NCBI GenBank assembly: GCA_030390025.1
Contig: CM059432.1
Coordinates: 18,168,001 to 18,232,000 of the forward strand
Origin: Squalus acanthias
Lineage: Eukaryota
Direction of reading: 5' to 3'
Length of the DNA stretch: 64,000 nt
Shown here: in pieces, positions 34,278 to 47,507 of the stretch
Layout: each line of letters begins with the position of its first letter
How positions within the stretch are numbered: position 1 is the first letter of the stretch
Position numbers and translations under genes: made by a program
Notes under the pieces: model-generated
What the model was told of the DNA's origin: nothing
Seen by the model: the letters and a program-made list of their open reading frames with translations, nothing else
The model's database searches: none

Positions 34278-35679
34278 ATTAGTTCTTGAACTCGAGCAGA
34301 CTAGACACCATTCTATGAGCAGTTGAATTATTTCAGTTTCTTCCACATTCCGCTCTTTACCTGGAAAGTTTCCAACAAAGTCTAGGTGCGTGCTGCATGT
34401 TCAGTTACTCACACGCACCTTGCAGGGCAAAGCGGACAATTAAATGTCAACATCTGTGCGTTTCAAACTTCCATCATCTCGGTGCTATTTATCTGCCTGT
34501 AGGAAAAGGCTGCACATAGAGAGCAAATAAGCAATTGAGGATGGTCCTACACTACTGACCTTTCAGTCAATGTGCAAAGGGAACTCAGGTCATAGAGGGT
34601 GTGGGAAACTGTGACAAATTCCATGATCATCTCACTGTCAGGGGAGACAAGAGCAGGACTAGTATTGTGTATAAATATACATGAATAATTTGTGTCCTGT
34701 ATACATTCAAAGTTCGGCAGGGCGAGGCTTAAGGTGGTTGGCTGGCTCCAGTTTGTCTAGGTTTTGGGGAGGTGGCTTTTGTCCTTGATGCTAGGTTGTT
34801 TGTGTGTTTAGGAATGGAAGATATTGTTTTGGAGGCTCCAAGAAGGTGCACATCTGCACCCGAATTAAAATTGAACATGTCATTGGCAAGCTGAAGGGAA
34901 GATTCATGTGCTAGATATGTCAGGGGACGCCTTCCTGTATTCTCCCGATGTTATATTGTGAACTCTGGTGGTCTGGTGTGTTATTCACAATTTTACTCCT
35001 CAGAATGGCTGAGAAATTGAGATTCCTGAGGAGCAGACTGAGTCAGGCACTGAACGCCCAGAGTCAGAGGAATTCGAACATGAGGAGGACACACCAAAGT
35101 CATGGACACCTGCTGGGGGTGACTTGCGAGACAAACGCATCAGAGAAAATTTCACTAATATTTGATCAGTTTATAGCTGTACAACATATGCACTAACCAG
35201 CAAGATCCACATGTACAACCCTTCAAAACACTCCATTAATCATTGAAAGCTGAAGTCCCACAAGGGCCCTCAAGTCCACAAACATCTTATTTCGAACCAG
35301 CGCGAATCTATGTTTTCAACAGAAAAATCATAGACATCATAACAATATTTTTTCAGCTTGCTGACTGCTGGTAATGCTTCAAGAACAGCACAGCTTCAAA
35401 TGCAGCACTTTGGCATTTACAAGTTCTTCCCTTACCCCTCCCTGATCCACAAATGTTACAGGCCTCCCAGGGTAACTCTCCAATTGCTGTGCAGGACATG
35501 CACCCTTGTCCTGCCCTGCAATATTGCAATGAGCCAATCCTGCAATTTCCAACTGGGGTCAGTGTCAGGGGACTTGGTTAGGTGGAAGTCCTGTCTTCCT
35601 GCACTTACACCAGTGAATGTCAGATCTCAAAACTTCCAGTGAACAGGTCGAAAATGCAATGTGACATACGTCAGTGAGT

Positions 35680-37272
35680 ACAAACTAAAAGTCGACAAAT
35701 CCCAAGGATCGGATGACCTACATCCTAGGGTTTTGAAAGAGGTGGCGATTGGAATAGTGGACGCATTGGTTGTCATCTTCCAAAATTCTATAGATTCTGG
35801 AACAGTTCCTGCAGATTGGAAGATAGCAAATGTAACCCCGCAATTTAAGAAAGGAGGGAGAGAGAAAACGGGGAACTACAGACCTGTTAGCCTCACATCA
35901 GTAGTTGGGAAAATGCTGGAATCTATTATAAAGGATGCAATAACTGGGCACTTAGAAACTAATAGTAAGATTGGGCAGAGTCAACATGGATTTATGAAAG
36001 GGAAATCCTGTTTGACAAACCTATTGAAGTTCTTTCAGGATGTAACTAGTGGAGTAGACAAAGGGGAACCAGTAGATGTGGTGTATCTGGATTTTCAGAA
36101 GGCCTTCAATAAGGTCCCACACAAGAGGTTGGTGAACATGGAATTGGGGGTAATATACTAACATGGATTGAGAATTGGTTAACAGACAGAAAAAAAGGGT
36201 AGGGATAAACGGGTCTTTTTCAGGATGGCAGGCTTTGACTAGTGGGGTACCGCAAGAATCAATGCTTGGGCCCCAGCTATTCACAATCTATATCAATGAT
36301 TTGGATGAGGGGACTAAATGTAACATTTCCAAATTTGCTGGTGATACAAAGCTAGGTGGCAGTGTCAGTTGCGAAGAGGATGTGAAGAGGCTTCAAGGGG
36401 ATCTCGACAGGTTCAGTGAGTGGGCGAGAACATGGCAGATGGAATATAATGTGGATAAATGTGAAGTTATCCACTTTGGTAGAAAAAACAGAAAGGCTGT
36501 GTATTTCCTAAATGGTGAAAGATTGGGGAATGCAGATGCTCAAAGGGCCCTGGGTGTCCTTGTACATGAGTCACTGAAAGTGAATGTGCAGGTGCAGCAA
36601 GCCATTAGATAGGCAAATGGTATGCTGGCCTTCATTACAAGAGGATTTGAGTACAGGAGTAAAGAAGTCTTACTCCAATTATATAGGGCCTTGGTGAGAC
36701 CACACCTGGAGTACTGTGTACAATTTTGGTCTCCTTACCTAAGGAAGGATATACTTGCCATAGAGGGAGTGCAACGAAGGTTCACGAGATTGATTCCTGG
36801 GATGGCAGGACTGTCGTATGAGAAGAGATTGAGTAAACTAGGCCTGTATTCTCTTGAATTCAGAAGAATGAGAGGGGATCTCATTGAAGCATACAAAATT
36901 ATTACAGGGTTTGATAGGATGGATGCTGGGAGAATGTTTCCCTTAGCTGGGGAGTCTAGAACCAGGGGCCACAGCCTCAAGATAAAGGGTAGGCCATTCA
37001 GGACTGAGATGAGAAGAAATTTCTTCACACAGAAGGTGGTGAATCTTTGGAATTCTCTACCCCAGAGGGCTGTGGAGGCTCAGTCATTAGGTATATTCAA
37101 AACAGAAGTCGATAGATTTCTGACTAGTAAGGGCATCAAGGGATATGGCGATAGGGCTGGTGAATGGAGTTGAGGCAGAAGATCAGCCATGATCTCATTG
37201 AATGGCGGAGCAGGCTCGAAGGACTGAATGGCCTACTCCTGCTCCTATTTCTTATGTTCTTATGTTCTTATC
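35680..37272 (+). mobile_element. CR1 LINE, 5'-truncated, disrupted RT
   Basis: ORFs 35661-36161, 36175-36612 and 36622-37173 parallel the 688-aa ORF; (CTTATGTT)n tail. Confidence 0.95.
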
Positions 37273-37511
37273 TCTGCTGAGGTCAAAGCGACACAAACAC
37301 TTCAGCACTGTCAAGTCAAACATTTGACTTATGGCCTTTCATGTTCTCATTCTCCAAATTCCCTCTGTTTCCTGTGATTGTGACCAAAACAAAACTCAAT
37401 AACATAGCTAAAAGAGCTAGTGTATTTTAGTCATATTTACCCAAAATGACTTCTAACGCGCATGCACTACACTGGGATTTTTTGTGGAAAATTACAGGTT
37501 GGTTTACCTGG

Positions 37512-37735
37512 GTCTGAAATAAAAACAGAAAATGCTGGAAATACTCAGCAGGTCAGGCAGCATCTGTGGAGAGAGAGACAGAGTTAACGTTTCAGGTCGA
37601 TGACCCTTCGTCATCGACCTGAAACGTTAACTCTGTTTCTTTCTCCGCAGGTGCTGCCTGACCTGCTGAGTATTTCCAGCATTTTCTGTTTTCATTTCAG
37701 ATTTCCAGCATCCGCAGTATTTTGCTTTTGTATTA
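37512..37735. repeat. Palindromic Penelope terminal fragment (~90-bp arms)
   Basis: 37512-37603 is the inverted copy of 37609-37700 around a CCTTC spacer. Sequence matches the Penelope 3' end (20980-21094). Flanked by CTGGGTCTG repeats. Confidence 0.85.
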
Positions 37736-38589
37736 ACTGGGTCTGGTCCACTTGAGTGAGTGATTTACTTTGGTGTTTTATTCATTGTGAGGTCATTTAT
37801 TGCGGCTATCTTTATTTTGTTACTGAGGATGCGAGCTTGCAGTACTGCTAAAAATAACACATATTGCTGCAATCAGGTGATGACTTTAGCAGAAATATTA
37901 CCACAAACAAGATAATCCTGGCCAAAAAGTTATAAAAACTACAGGTTCGGAAGGTGTTCTCTTGGTAAGTACACATCATTGGTACAAATTGCACATTCAC
38001 CGCCCCTCTAAACAGACAAATGGAACAGAACAAAGGTAAACATCTGTTACCATTTAGCTCAACCTTTGTTAGTATCTGAACTACTGGCTTTTCTTATGTT
38101 CTCCTTTTTCTTTAAAGACAGTGACATTAATATCTATGGGTTTTATCCTTAAAATCTGTATTGATTTAGGCCGAGGAGCCTCATTTCCTGTTTTGGCTGC
38201 AATTCAGATTAGAATGATTACTGGCAGGTTTCAGACGGACCCAAATGGAAGGGAGGGACTTTTGTTGGGAACACCCATTTTACCTCCCCAAAAAATTAGC
38301 GTTAAGTCACTGACGGTTCAGTCGCAGTCTCGCATGCCCGTTTCACCAACCGAATTCGCCCGTCACCACTTTAAATCCGGGCTCATTTTAGATGTTCAGC
38401 AGGCCGGCCTGAAGTTGGTAGGCGCCTATTTAAGCAGGCTAATTAGGGGCCTAGGCTTGAAGCCCTTTTCAACAGCTCAGGTATCGGGTTCACCAATTCC
38501 AAATCAGTCACGGAACACATCGCAGTAGCCATTTCTTTCAATATTTAAAAGGGGTCAACAGCTGTTTTAGGTAAATCAGTTTATTTAGA

Positions 38590-39000
38590 CTGGCAACACC
38601 TCAATTTTAAAATTCTCATCCTTGTTTTCAAATCCCTCCATGGCCTCGCCTCTCTCTATCTCTGTAACCTCCTACAGCCCTACACCCCTCCGAGATCTCT
38701 GTGCTCCTCCAATTCTGGCCTCTTGCACCCCCCCGATATACATAGCTCCACAATTGACGGCCGTGCCTTCAGCTGTCTGGGGCCTAAGCTGTGGAATTCC
38801 CTCCTAAAAGCTCTTTGCCTCTTTACTACTATCTCTTCCTTTAAGACGCTCCTTAAAGCCTATCTCTGACCTTTGGTCACCTGTCCTAATATCCCCTTAT
38901 GTGGCTCGGTGTCAAATTTTGTTCGATAATGCTCCTGCAAAGCACCTTGGGATGTTTTACTACGTTAAAGGCGCTATATTAATGCAAGTTATTATTGTTG
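38590..39000 (+). mobile_element. L2 LINE 3' fragment
   Basis: FKILILVFKSLHGLA.LYL..LL, GRAFS..GPKLWNSL and tail AAAGGCGCTATATTAATGCAAG. Confidence 0.8.
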
Positions 39001-42000
39001 TTTTTCTTTATTCGTTCATGTGATGTGGGCGTTGCTGGCAAGGACAGCATTTATTGCCCAACCCTACATGCCCTTGAGAAGGTGGTGGTGAGCCGCCTTC
39101 TTGAACCACTGCAGTCCTTGTGGTGAAGGTACTCCCACAGCGCTGTGAGGGAGTTCCCGGATTTTGACCCAGCGACGATGAAGGAATGGCGATATATTTC
39201 CAAGTCAGGATGGTGTGTAACTTGGAGGGGAAATTGCAGGTGATGGTGTTCCCATGCGCTTGCAGCCCTTGTCCTTCTAGGTGGTATAGGTCGCGGGTTT
39301 GGGAGGTGCTATTGAAGAAGCCTTGGTGAGTTGCTGCAGTGCATCTTGTAGATGGTACACACTGCAGCCACGGTGCACCAGTGATAAAGTGAGTGAATGT
39401 TTAAGGTGGCAGATGGGGTGTCGATCAAGCGGGCTGCTTTGTCCTGGATGGTGTCAAGCTTCTTGAGTGTTGTTGGAGCTGCACTCATCTAGGCAAGTGG
39501 AGAGTATTCCATCACACTCTTGACTTGTGCCTTGTAGATGGTGGAAAGGCTTTGGGGAGTCAGGAGGTGAGACACTCACCGCAGAATACCCAGCCTCTGA
39601 CCTGCTCTTGTTACCACAGTATTTATGTGGCTGGTCTATTTAAGTTTCTGGTCAATGGTGACCCCCCACGATGTTGATGGTGGGGGATTCGGCGATGGTA
39701 ATGCTGTTGCATATCAAGGGGCGGTGGTTAGACTCTCGCTTGTTGGAGCTAGTCATTGCCTAGCACTTGTGTGGCGCAAATGTTACCTGCCACTTATCAG
39801 CCCAAGCCTGAATGTCATCCAAGTCTTGCTGCATGCGGGCATGGACTACTTCATTATCTGAGGAATTGAGAATGGAACTGAAAACTGTGCAATCATCAGC
39901 AAACATCCCCATTTCTGACCTTATGATGGAGAGAAGGTCATTGATGAAGCAGCTGAAGATGGTTGGGCCTAGGACACTCCGTTGAGGAACTCCTGCAGTG
40001 ATGATCTGGGGCAGTGATGATTGACCGCCAACAACCACAACCATTTCCTTTGTGCTAGGTATGACTCCAGCCAGTGGAGAGTTTCCCCCCTGATTCCCAT
40101 TGACTTCAGTTTTACTAGGGCTCCTTGATGCCACACTCGGTCAAATGCTGCCTTGGTGTCAAGGGCAGTCACTCTCACCTCACCTCTGGAATTCAGCTCT
40201 TTTGTCCATGTTTGGACCAAAGCTGTAATGAGGTCTGGAGCCGAGTGGTCCTGGCGGAACCCAAACTGGGCATCGGTGAGCAGGTTATTGGTGCGTAAGT
40301 GCCGCTTGATAGCACTGTCGACGACAGCTTCCATCACTTTGCTGATGATTGAGAGCAGACTGATGGGGCGGTAATTGGCCGGATTGGATTTGTCCTACTT
40401 TTTGTGGACAGGACATACCTGGGCAGTTTTCCACATTGTCAGGTAGATGCCAGTGTTGTAGCTGTACTGGAACAGCTTGGCTAAAGGCGCAGCTAGTTCT
40501 GGAGTACATGTCTTCAGCACGACAGCCGGGATGTTGTCGGGGCCCGTAGCCTTTGCTGTATCCAGTGCGCTCAGGCATTTCTTGATATCACGTGGAGTGA
40601 ATTGGCTGAAGACTGGCTTCTGTGATGGTGGGGACGTCAGGAGGAGGTTGATATGGATCATCCACTCGGCACTTCTGGCTGAAGATGGTTGCAAATGCTT
40701 CAGCCTTGTCTTTTTCACTCATGTGCTGGGCTCCACCAGCGTTGAGGATGGGGATATTCATGGAGCCTCCTCCTCCCGTTAGTTGTTTAATTGTCCACCA
40801 CCATTCATGACTGGATGTGGCAGGACTGCAGAGCTTTGATTTGATCCATTGATTGTGGGATCGCTTAGCCCTGTCTATAGCTTGCAGCTTTTGCTGTTTA
40901 GCATGCATGTAGTCCTGTGTTGCAGCTTTCCCAGGTTTGCACCTCTTTTTTGGGTTCACCTGGTGTTGCTCCTGGCATGCTCTTCTGCACTTCTCATTGA
41001 ACCAGGGTTGGTCCCCTGGCTTGATGGTAATGGTAGAATGAGGGATATGCCAAGCCATGAGGTTACAGATTGTGGTGGAATACAATTCTGCTGCTGCTGA
41101 TGGCCCACAGCGCATCATGGATGCCCAGTTTTGAGCTGCTAGATCTGTTGTGAATCTATCCCATTTAGCACGGTGGTAGTGCCACACAACACGATGGAGG
41201 GTGTCCTCAATGTGAAGATGGGTCTTTGTCTCCACAATGACTGTGTGGTGGTCAGTGCTACTAATGCTGTCATGGACAGATGCATCTGCCACAGGTAGAT
41301 TGGTGAGGACGAGGTCAAGTAGATTTTTCCCTCGTGTTGGTTCTCTCACCACCTGTTGCAGGCCCAGTCTGGCAGCTATATCCTTCAGGACTCTGCCAGC
41401 TCTGTCAGTAGTGGTGCTACTGAGCCACTCTTGGTGATGTACATTGAAGGACCAAGAGTACATTCTGTGCCCTTGCTACCCTTAGTGCTTCTTCCAAGTG
41501 GTGTTCAACATGGAGGAGTACTGATTCATCAGCTGAGGGAGGGCGGTAGGTGGTAATCAGCAGGAGGTTTCCTTGCTTATGCTTGACCTGAAGCCATGAG
41601 ACTTCATGGGGTCCGGGGTCAATGTTGAGGACTCCCAGGGCCACTCTCTCCTGATTGTATACCACTGTGCCACCACCCCTGGTACAGTGATGGAGGCATC
41701 TGGGACATTGGCTGAAAGCTATGACCTGTTAGTATGACTATGTCAGGCTGTTGCATGACTTGTCTATGTAACAGCTCTCCCAATTTTGGCACAAGTCCCC
41801 AGATGTTAGTGAGGAGGACTTTGCAGGGTCGACTGAGCTGGGTGTGCTGTTGTCGCGTCTGAAGTCGATGCCAGGTGGTCCATCCGGTTTTATTCTTATT
41901 ATTGTTGTCTGTCGCGGTTAAGTACAACTGGATGGCTTGCTAGGCCATTTCAGAGGGCAGTTAAAAGTCAACCACATTGCTGTGGGTCTGGATTCACATA

Positions 42001-44070
42001 TAAGCCAGACCGGGTAAGGACAGCAGATTTCCTTCCCTAAAGGACATTAGTGAACCAGATGGGTTTTTACGACAATCCGATAGTTTCATGGTTATCATTA
42101 CTGATACTAGCTTTTTATTCCAGATTTATTTAATGGACGCGACTGCTACTGTAAGGGGTGACCTGCGGCTCTGTGCTTAGCCTAGGTGCTAGTGCGGGGT
42201 TAGGCCTTGTTGCCTGTTCTGGTCTCCAGCCAGCCTGGTAACACTAGACACCTGTGAGTGGTTCGACCCACTCGCCCTTATGGTTCTGACACTGGACTTA
42301 GGTGCGAGAGTAATAATGCAGAGAAAGACTCAGGTGGACCCGGGTGAATAGTGCGAAATGGAAAATCTTTATTGCATATTATTCAAGATTACGAGATACA
42401 TGTCATAAGCACAGATTAACGACAGTACAATCTTACACACAGTTATGAAACTAAATTTTAGGGAAACGAGGAGCGCATGACACATCGTAAAAAAAAAAGG
42501 GACACACATTATAATTATCCTTAAAACTTAAACCCTCCCCTATCAATACCTGTCCTAATCTAGATTTTTAGGATCGAGACTCATGCTCACCACTCGTGAT
42601 AACTCGGAGAATTCCGAAACTCTGCTCGGATGTTTTTCCCGCAGCACCTGACTATCCACGTGTTGATCAGGGGTCTCTGTACCCCACTTGTTTACTCGTT
42701 TCTGCTCCGGCTAGCAGGCTGGACCGTCTGCTGTCATGAAGATCTGTGTTCCGATACTACTCAAAAAAGAGTCTTCCTGTGCCCTACACCAGTTGTCTGT
42801 AGAACTCAAAGAAGGGTCTTCCTAGGCCAGTTGTGGAGTAGCCGATAAAATTCGAAGAAGTGTTTATTCGACTTACAGGCGCGGTCGGGGCTTACTGACC
42901 ATGGCAATGCGTATTGTCGTCTTCTTCTCTTCTCATCTCATCTCATCTCATCTCATCTCTCGGGGCTTCGGTTCCAACACCGTTTACCGACTTCTCGGGA
43001 TGGTGCGCCCGCTTCTAGGCCTCACAGCCCAGTTCTCCACAGATCTTCGCGGCAAGCCACGAGGTTGATCCTAGCGGATCAGAGTCCAGAGCCGTCAGGC
43101 AAGAGAATAAAAGTTCAGCAGCCTTCCAGCGAGTCAAAGCAGCAAGTGCAAGAAGAAGAGAAAGATGGACGGTTGTACCTTACAGTTATAGTGCTGGAAT
43201 TCCTCTTTTCCCGCCCAATCTTAATGTTTATCTTTTGTCAGGGTTTTGGCGCTCAAACTTCTTGTATAGGGTGATCTCCATCTTTAATGGGTTTCGGTGA
43301 TACTTGTAACTGTCTGAGTACCCGTTAATATTTCTCCCATTGTGGAACCGGCTAGTAGTCTCCCTGGAGGGGTTTTGGGGCTTCCAAATGCTTGCTGTAA
43401 GTACCCGCAAACGGCTTTCTCATCGTAGAGTCGTGGGGATTTTGCATATTAATGTCTTTGGATGGGTCCTTGATCGCTCGGTACAATAGCCCTTATTTGC
43501 ACCTGGGAGACCGATTCCAGTATTTATGTTTAAAATGCAAACCCATCATGTCTTGTCAATTATCTCAAATGTGCTGAGTCCTGTACGATCTTGCACAAAT
43601 GTTTATTGGAACGCCATCTTGTCTGCCCACTGAAAGTCTAGAACTTTCTGCCATGAGACGTGGCGGCCATTTTACAGGCTGTTTGTGTCCGTTTTGAAAC
43701 CTGACAGCATTCTGCTGAAATAAAAGCTGTTTGTACGAAACTTTATGTCTCCTTCTTATTTTATAAAATCGCGATAATTTTGCGAATTCTACACTACCAA
43801 CGAACCGGAAGCTGCGTAGAAGCGTTCTTTGCATGCGCGTTTCCGGCTCGTCACGGGAGCCGGCATTTAAAATTTTTTTTTTAAAATGCCGGGGTGGGAG
43901 CGGGCTCCTTGAAAAATGCCGGGGAGGGAGTGGGCTCGTGTAAAAATAACAGAAACATCACAGGGCCGGTTCTAGATTAATGCATAGTATGTTTCTGCCC
44001 AGTTTCCGGTTGTGGGATTTGAACTCATGTCCCTGGATCATTAGTCCCGTAACATAACCACTATGCTACC
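39001..44070 (-). mobile_element. Full-length tRNA-headed EN-RT LINE (head interrupted at 42134-~43997)
   Basis: A box at 44068-44058 and B box at 44024-44016. APE motifs TNIWGL, YRPP, LDLVLTN and DH, then RT. Poly-A end at 39001. Several frameshifts. Confidence 0.9.
42150..43793 (-). mobile_element. Solo LTR copy 3 (1644 bp)
   Basis: TGTA...TACA termini, TSD CTAC; close homolog of 22497-24185. Confidence 0.9.
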
Positions 44071-44254
44071 TTTACCCAATGTTGTTGGTGACTGCTGCTG
44101 TGTTACTTTTAGAGCTTTTCGGGAGTTTTTGCTGCTAGAACCGACAGTAATCATTTGTAAAAGTAATTTGGTGAGTTAGCAGAGGGTTTTTGCCCAGGGA
44201 CTTCTGGCAAACGTCTGATTTGTTTCAATGGGTTTGATGCTGATCCTGCCATTT

Positions 44255-45560
44255 TAGCTGGAAGATTGGTGGAGGAGGAGGAGGAGGAGCAGGCTGGAAT
44301 TCAGGGAAAGGCAGCTGCAGAGCCAAGAAACAGAAGGAGGGAAGCTTGCAGGAGGCCTTGTCCCACACGAGTGTACAGGCCCTGAACTTGCTGCCTGCAG
44401 TTCACTGAGGAGCAGTGTGGGAGGAGGCTCCGCTTTACCGTGGAGACTGCTATAGGTCCTGTCACCTGCTGCAGTACCAACTGCAGTGCAACACAAAAGG
44501 TCGCCGGGTGCCAATGTTTGAACTGGCACTTGCAAGCATAAGAGTGAGTGACGGTGCAAGACTCTTCATCCTCCTCCTCCACTGCCAAAGGCTTCAAGTC
44601 TTCATCAGGACCTGGAAAGAGGGAATAGAGAAGATGTTAGTAGTTCTGAGTGATGGTATATCATTGCAAAACAGTGGTTGCTCAATGAAGCACCATGCTG
44701 TGATGTATATTGTGTGAGGGGGATAGTTAAGTGGGGGCCCCAGAAAAATAGGGGCCAGGTACCCAGCGGCATGCTTCCTCCTGTCTCGGTTTCTGCAACA
44801 GCTCTGGCTCTCTCTCTCTGCCCAGGATATCCATAGCAGCATCTTCAGCAGATGGCAGTATGTGCAAAGATGGAGTCCCACCACCTGTGCAGATCCTCTC
44901 CCTGGCATTGTGTGCTAGTTTTTCCTGCAAGAGCAAAGGGAATGTGTTAGTGAGTGGGATGTTGCAGAGTTCTGAACATCTGTGTGTGAGGTTTGAATAG
45001 TTCGCCTGGTGCCATGAAGAAGCTTCAGCTGTGTTCAAGAGAAGGCATTAATTGTGAGACCAGTGGCAGTGGCAGAGTTTGCAAGTGGCAGCAGGAGGAA
45101 GGGTGTTGCAATGAACGGACGAGAAGAATGTGAAATAAGGGAGGTCAAAGTCTTCATTGATGCTGTTCCAGTAAAGTAGTGCAGGGCTCTGCTGACAATG
45201 ACAAGTCTGTGAATGGGAGTCTTACCTTAGCAGCCCAAGTCAGGTCATTGAACTTCTTCTTGCATTGCTTTCTGGTTCCAGGGCTAAATTACAGGCATTG
45301 ACATGCTCAGCCATCTCAGAACATGCTTCCTTGGCAGTGTGGCGGTGCGTTCTGATCCCACCTGATGGAAATAAAACATTCTTCCTTCTCCTTACTTACT
45401 CCACTGAAGCCTCCAGGGCATTATCTAAAAATCTTGGCACTCTCCCAATCGACATTTTTTGCCTTCCAGTACACAAACAGCCTTCAACTGAGCTCCACAA
45501 TAAGCACTGCCTCTCCCCTTTAAGAGGTGCAGGGCACCAGGAACTGACGTCTCACCCCGA
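44255..45560. pseudogene. Internally deleted old Harbinger: transposase N-terminus (+) and Myb-like exons (-)
   Basis: Plus strand: RVYRP...FTEEQCGRRLRFT at ~44370-44440. Minus strand: FLDNALEASVE, KKFNDL..AK followed by a GTAAG donor at ~45226, and exon 2 EKLAHNARERICTGGG. Confidence 0.7.
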
Positions 45561-45849
45561 TGATGGAGATGTCCAATTACCAGCAAGATCCATGCTGACA
45601 GTTTGCCCATCAAATTAAAAAAAGGCACAAATCTGAAAGGAGTTCGGGACTCGCCCTCACGTCATCGGGCGAGTGTTGCAGTCGCTCCGCCCCTTTTGGG
45701 CACAAGTTGAAAGCTGTTTGTACCCAGTGTTTTTGAGGTTAGTTGATTGTCATTACTTCAGATTTGGGTGGGTGCAGGAAGGAGACCAGTGGTGGGAGTG
45801 GAAAATTACACATATGTGAAATTTAAAGGGCAGGGGAGAAGCTTTTTTT

Positions 45850-46790
45850 GATATATATATAAATGACCTGGATATTGGAATACAGAGTAGAATTTCTAAA
45901 TTTGCCTATGACACCAAACTTGGGGGTGTGGCAAACAGTGAGGATGATACCAATTGACTGCAACAGGACATAGAAAGGCTAGCAGAATGGGCAGACAAGT
46001 GGCAGATGGAATTTAATACAGAGAAGTGTGAGGTGGTGCATTTTGGCAGAAGGAACAGGGAGAGGCAATATACACTTAATAGCACAGTTTTAAAGCGTGT
46101 GCAGGGACAGAGGGACCTGGGAGTTAATGTGCATAGGTCCCTGAAGGTGGCGGGACATATTGAGAGAGTGGTTAGCAAAGCATATGGGATCTTGGGCTTC
46201 ATAAATAGAGTTACTGAGTACAAAAGTAGAGAAGTTATGCTGAACCTTTATAAAGCGCTGGTTAGGCCACAACTGGAGTATTGCGTCCAGTTCTGGTCAC
46301 CACACTTTAGGAATGATGTAGAGGAGATTTACCAGAATGGTTCCGGGGATGGGGGATCTTAGCTACAAGGACTGGTTGGAGAAGCTGGATTTGTTTTCAT
46401 TAGAGCAAAGAAGGTTGTGGGGTGATTTGATAGAGGTGTATAAGATTATGACAGGTTTGGATAGGCTAGACGGGGAAAGGCTGTTCCCACTAGTTGATGG
46501 TACAAGGACTAGGGGACACAGATTTAAGGTTTTGGGCAAGAGATACAGGGGGGATGTGAGGAAAAACATTTTTACGCAGCGAGTGGTGATGACCTGGAAC
46601 TCGCTGCCGACGGAAGTGGTGGAAGCGGAGACACTCAATGTTTTCAAGGGGAGACTGGATAGGTACTGGAGGGAAATAAACTTGCAGGGCTACGGGGATA
46701 GAGCGGGGGAATGGGACTGACTGGATTGCTCCACAGAGAGCCGGCACGGACTCGATGGGCCGAATGGCCTCTTCTGTGCCGTTATGACTG
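45850..46790 (+). mobile_element. CR1 LINE 3' part
   Basis: WQMEFNTEKCEVVHFG, RPQLEYCVQFWSP, GDLIEVYKIM and the 3' UTR. Confidence 0.92.
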
Positions 46791-46792
46791 TT

Positions 46793-47507
46793 GGGCTAAA
46801 AATTGAGTAGCTTCGCCGGGGCGCTACTTTTAGCGCCCGGGAAAAATTAGCACCCCCGCGGCGGAAATTGAGTGGTTGCGCCCCAAGAGGGAAGCGGGGC
46901 ACTACTGGAAGCACCCCGCATCCCTCTTGGGGCGCTGCGAGTCAATATCGCGGCGCTACGTGCCGCGGTATTGCAGGCCTTCCTCCCCTTCTTAAAGGGG
47001 AGGGGCCTTGCGCAGCGCAACCCGAGGCCCAGCTGGGCCCCCGGGGATCGGGAGTGCCGGCAAAAGAGCCCGGCACTCAAGAGAAGTGCCGGGCTCTTGG
47101 AGCGCAGCCGGCACTCCGTGGGGGGGGGGGGGGGGGGGCCCCGTTCAGGAGGCCGGGGACGGGAGCGCAGGCAGGTGCTGGCAGGCGGCCAGCAACAAAA
47201 ACGGCCGCCCCGCACCTCGCCTTTAATTAGCGCCTCCCCAGCTGCAGGTAGGCCCCCCCCTGACCCCGTCGGACATAGCGTCCGGCGGTAAGTCAGGTGG
47301 CGCTCCCGAAGATCGTGGCCAGGGCGCGAGCGGGGCACTGCACACGGCGATGACGTCATCGCCGGCGGCGCAGCGTCGCCGCTAACCTCCCACTGAATTT
47401 CTCGGGAGGTGTGGGCGGCGCCTCGCCCGGGTGCTAGTTGCTTTGCGCCCCTTTAGCGCACTCTTAGGGCGCTAACGGGAGGTGCAAAGCAACCCAATTT
47501 CCCCCCC
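46793..47507 (+). mobile_element. Harbinger-type MITE family A
   Basis: GGGCTAAAAATT/AATTTCCCCCCC termini; inserted in a CR1 (TATGACTC) tail. Confidence 0.85.

Larger units (their letters stand above)
31950..35350 (+). pseudogene. Old Harbinger transposase remnant (31950-32650 and ~34830-35160), split by later insertions
   Basis: GAIDCTYVAI at ~32373, GDKGYP..WLLT at ~32606, IEHVIGKLKGRFMC at ~34871. Its 3' flank (35210-35350) recurs at 57255-57380. Confidence 0.7.
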
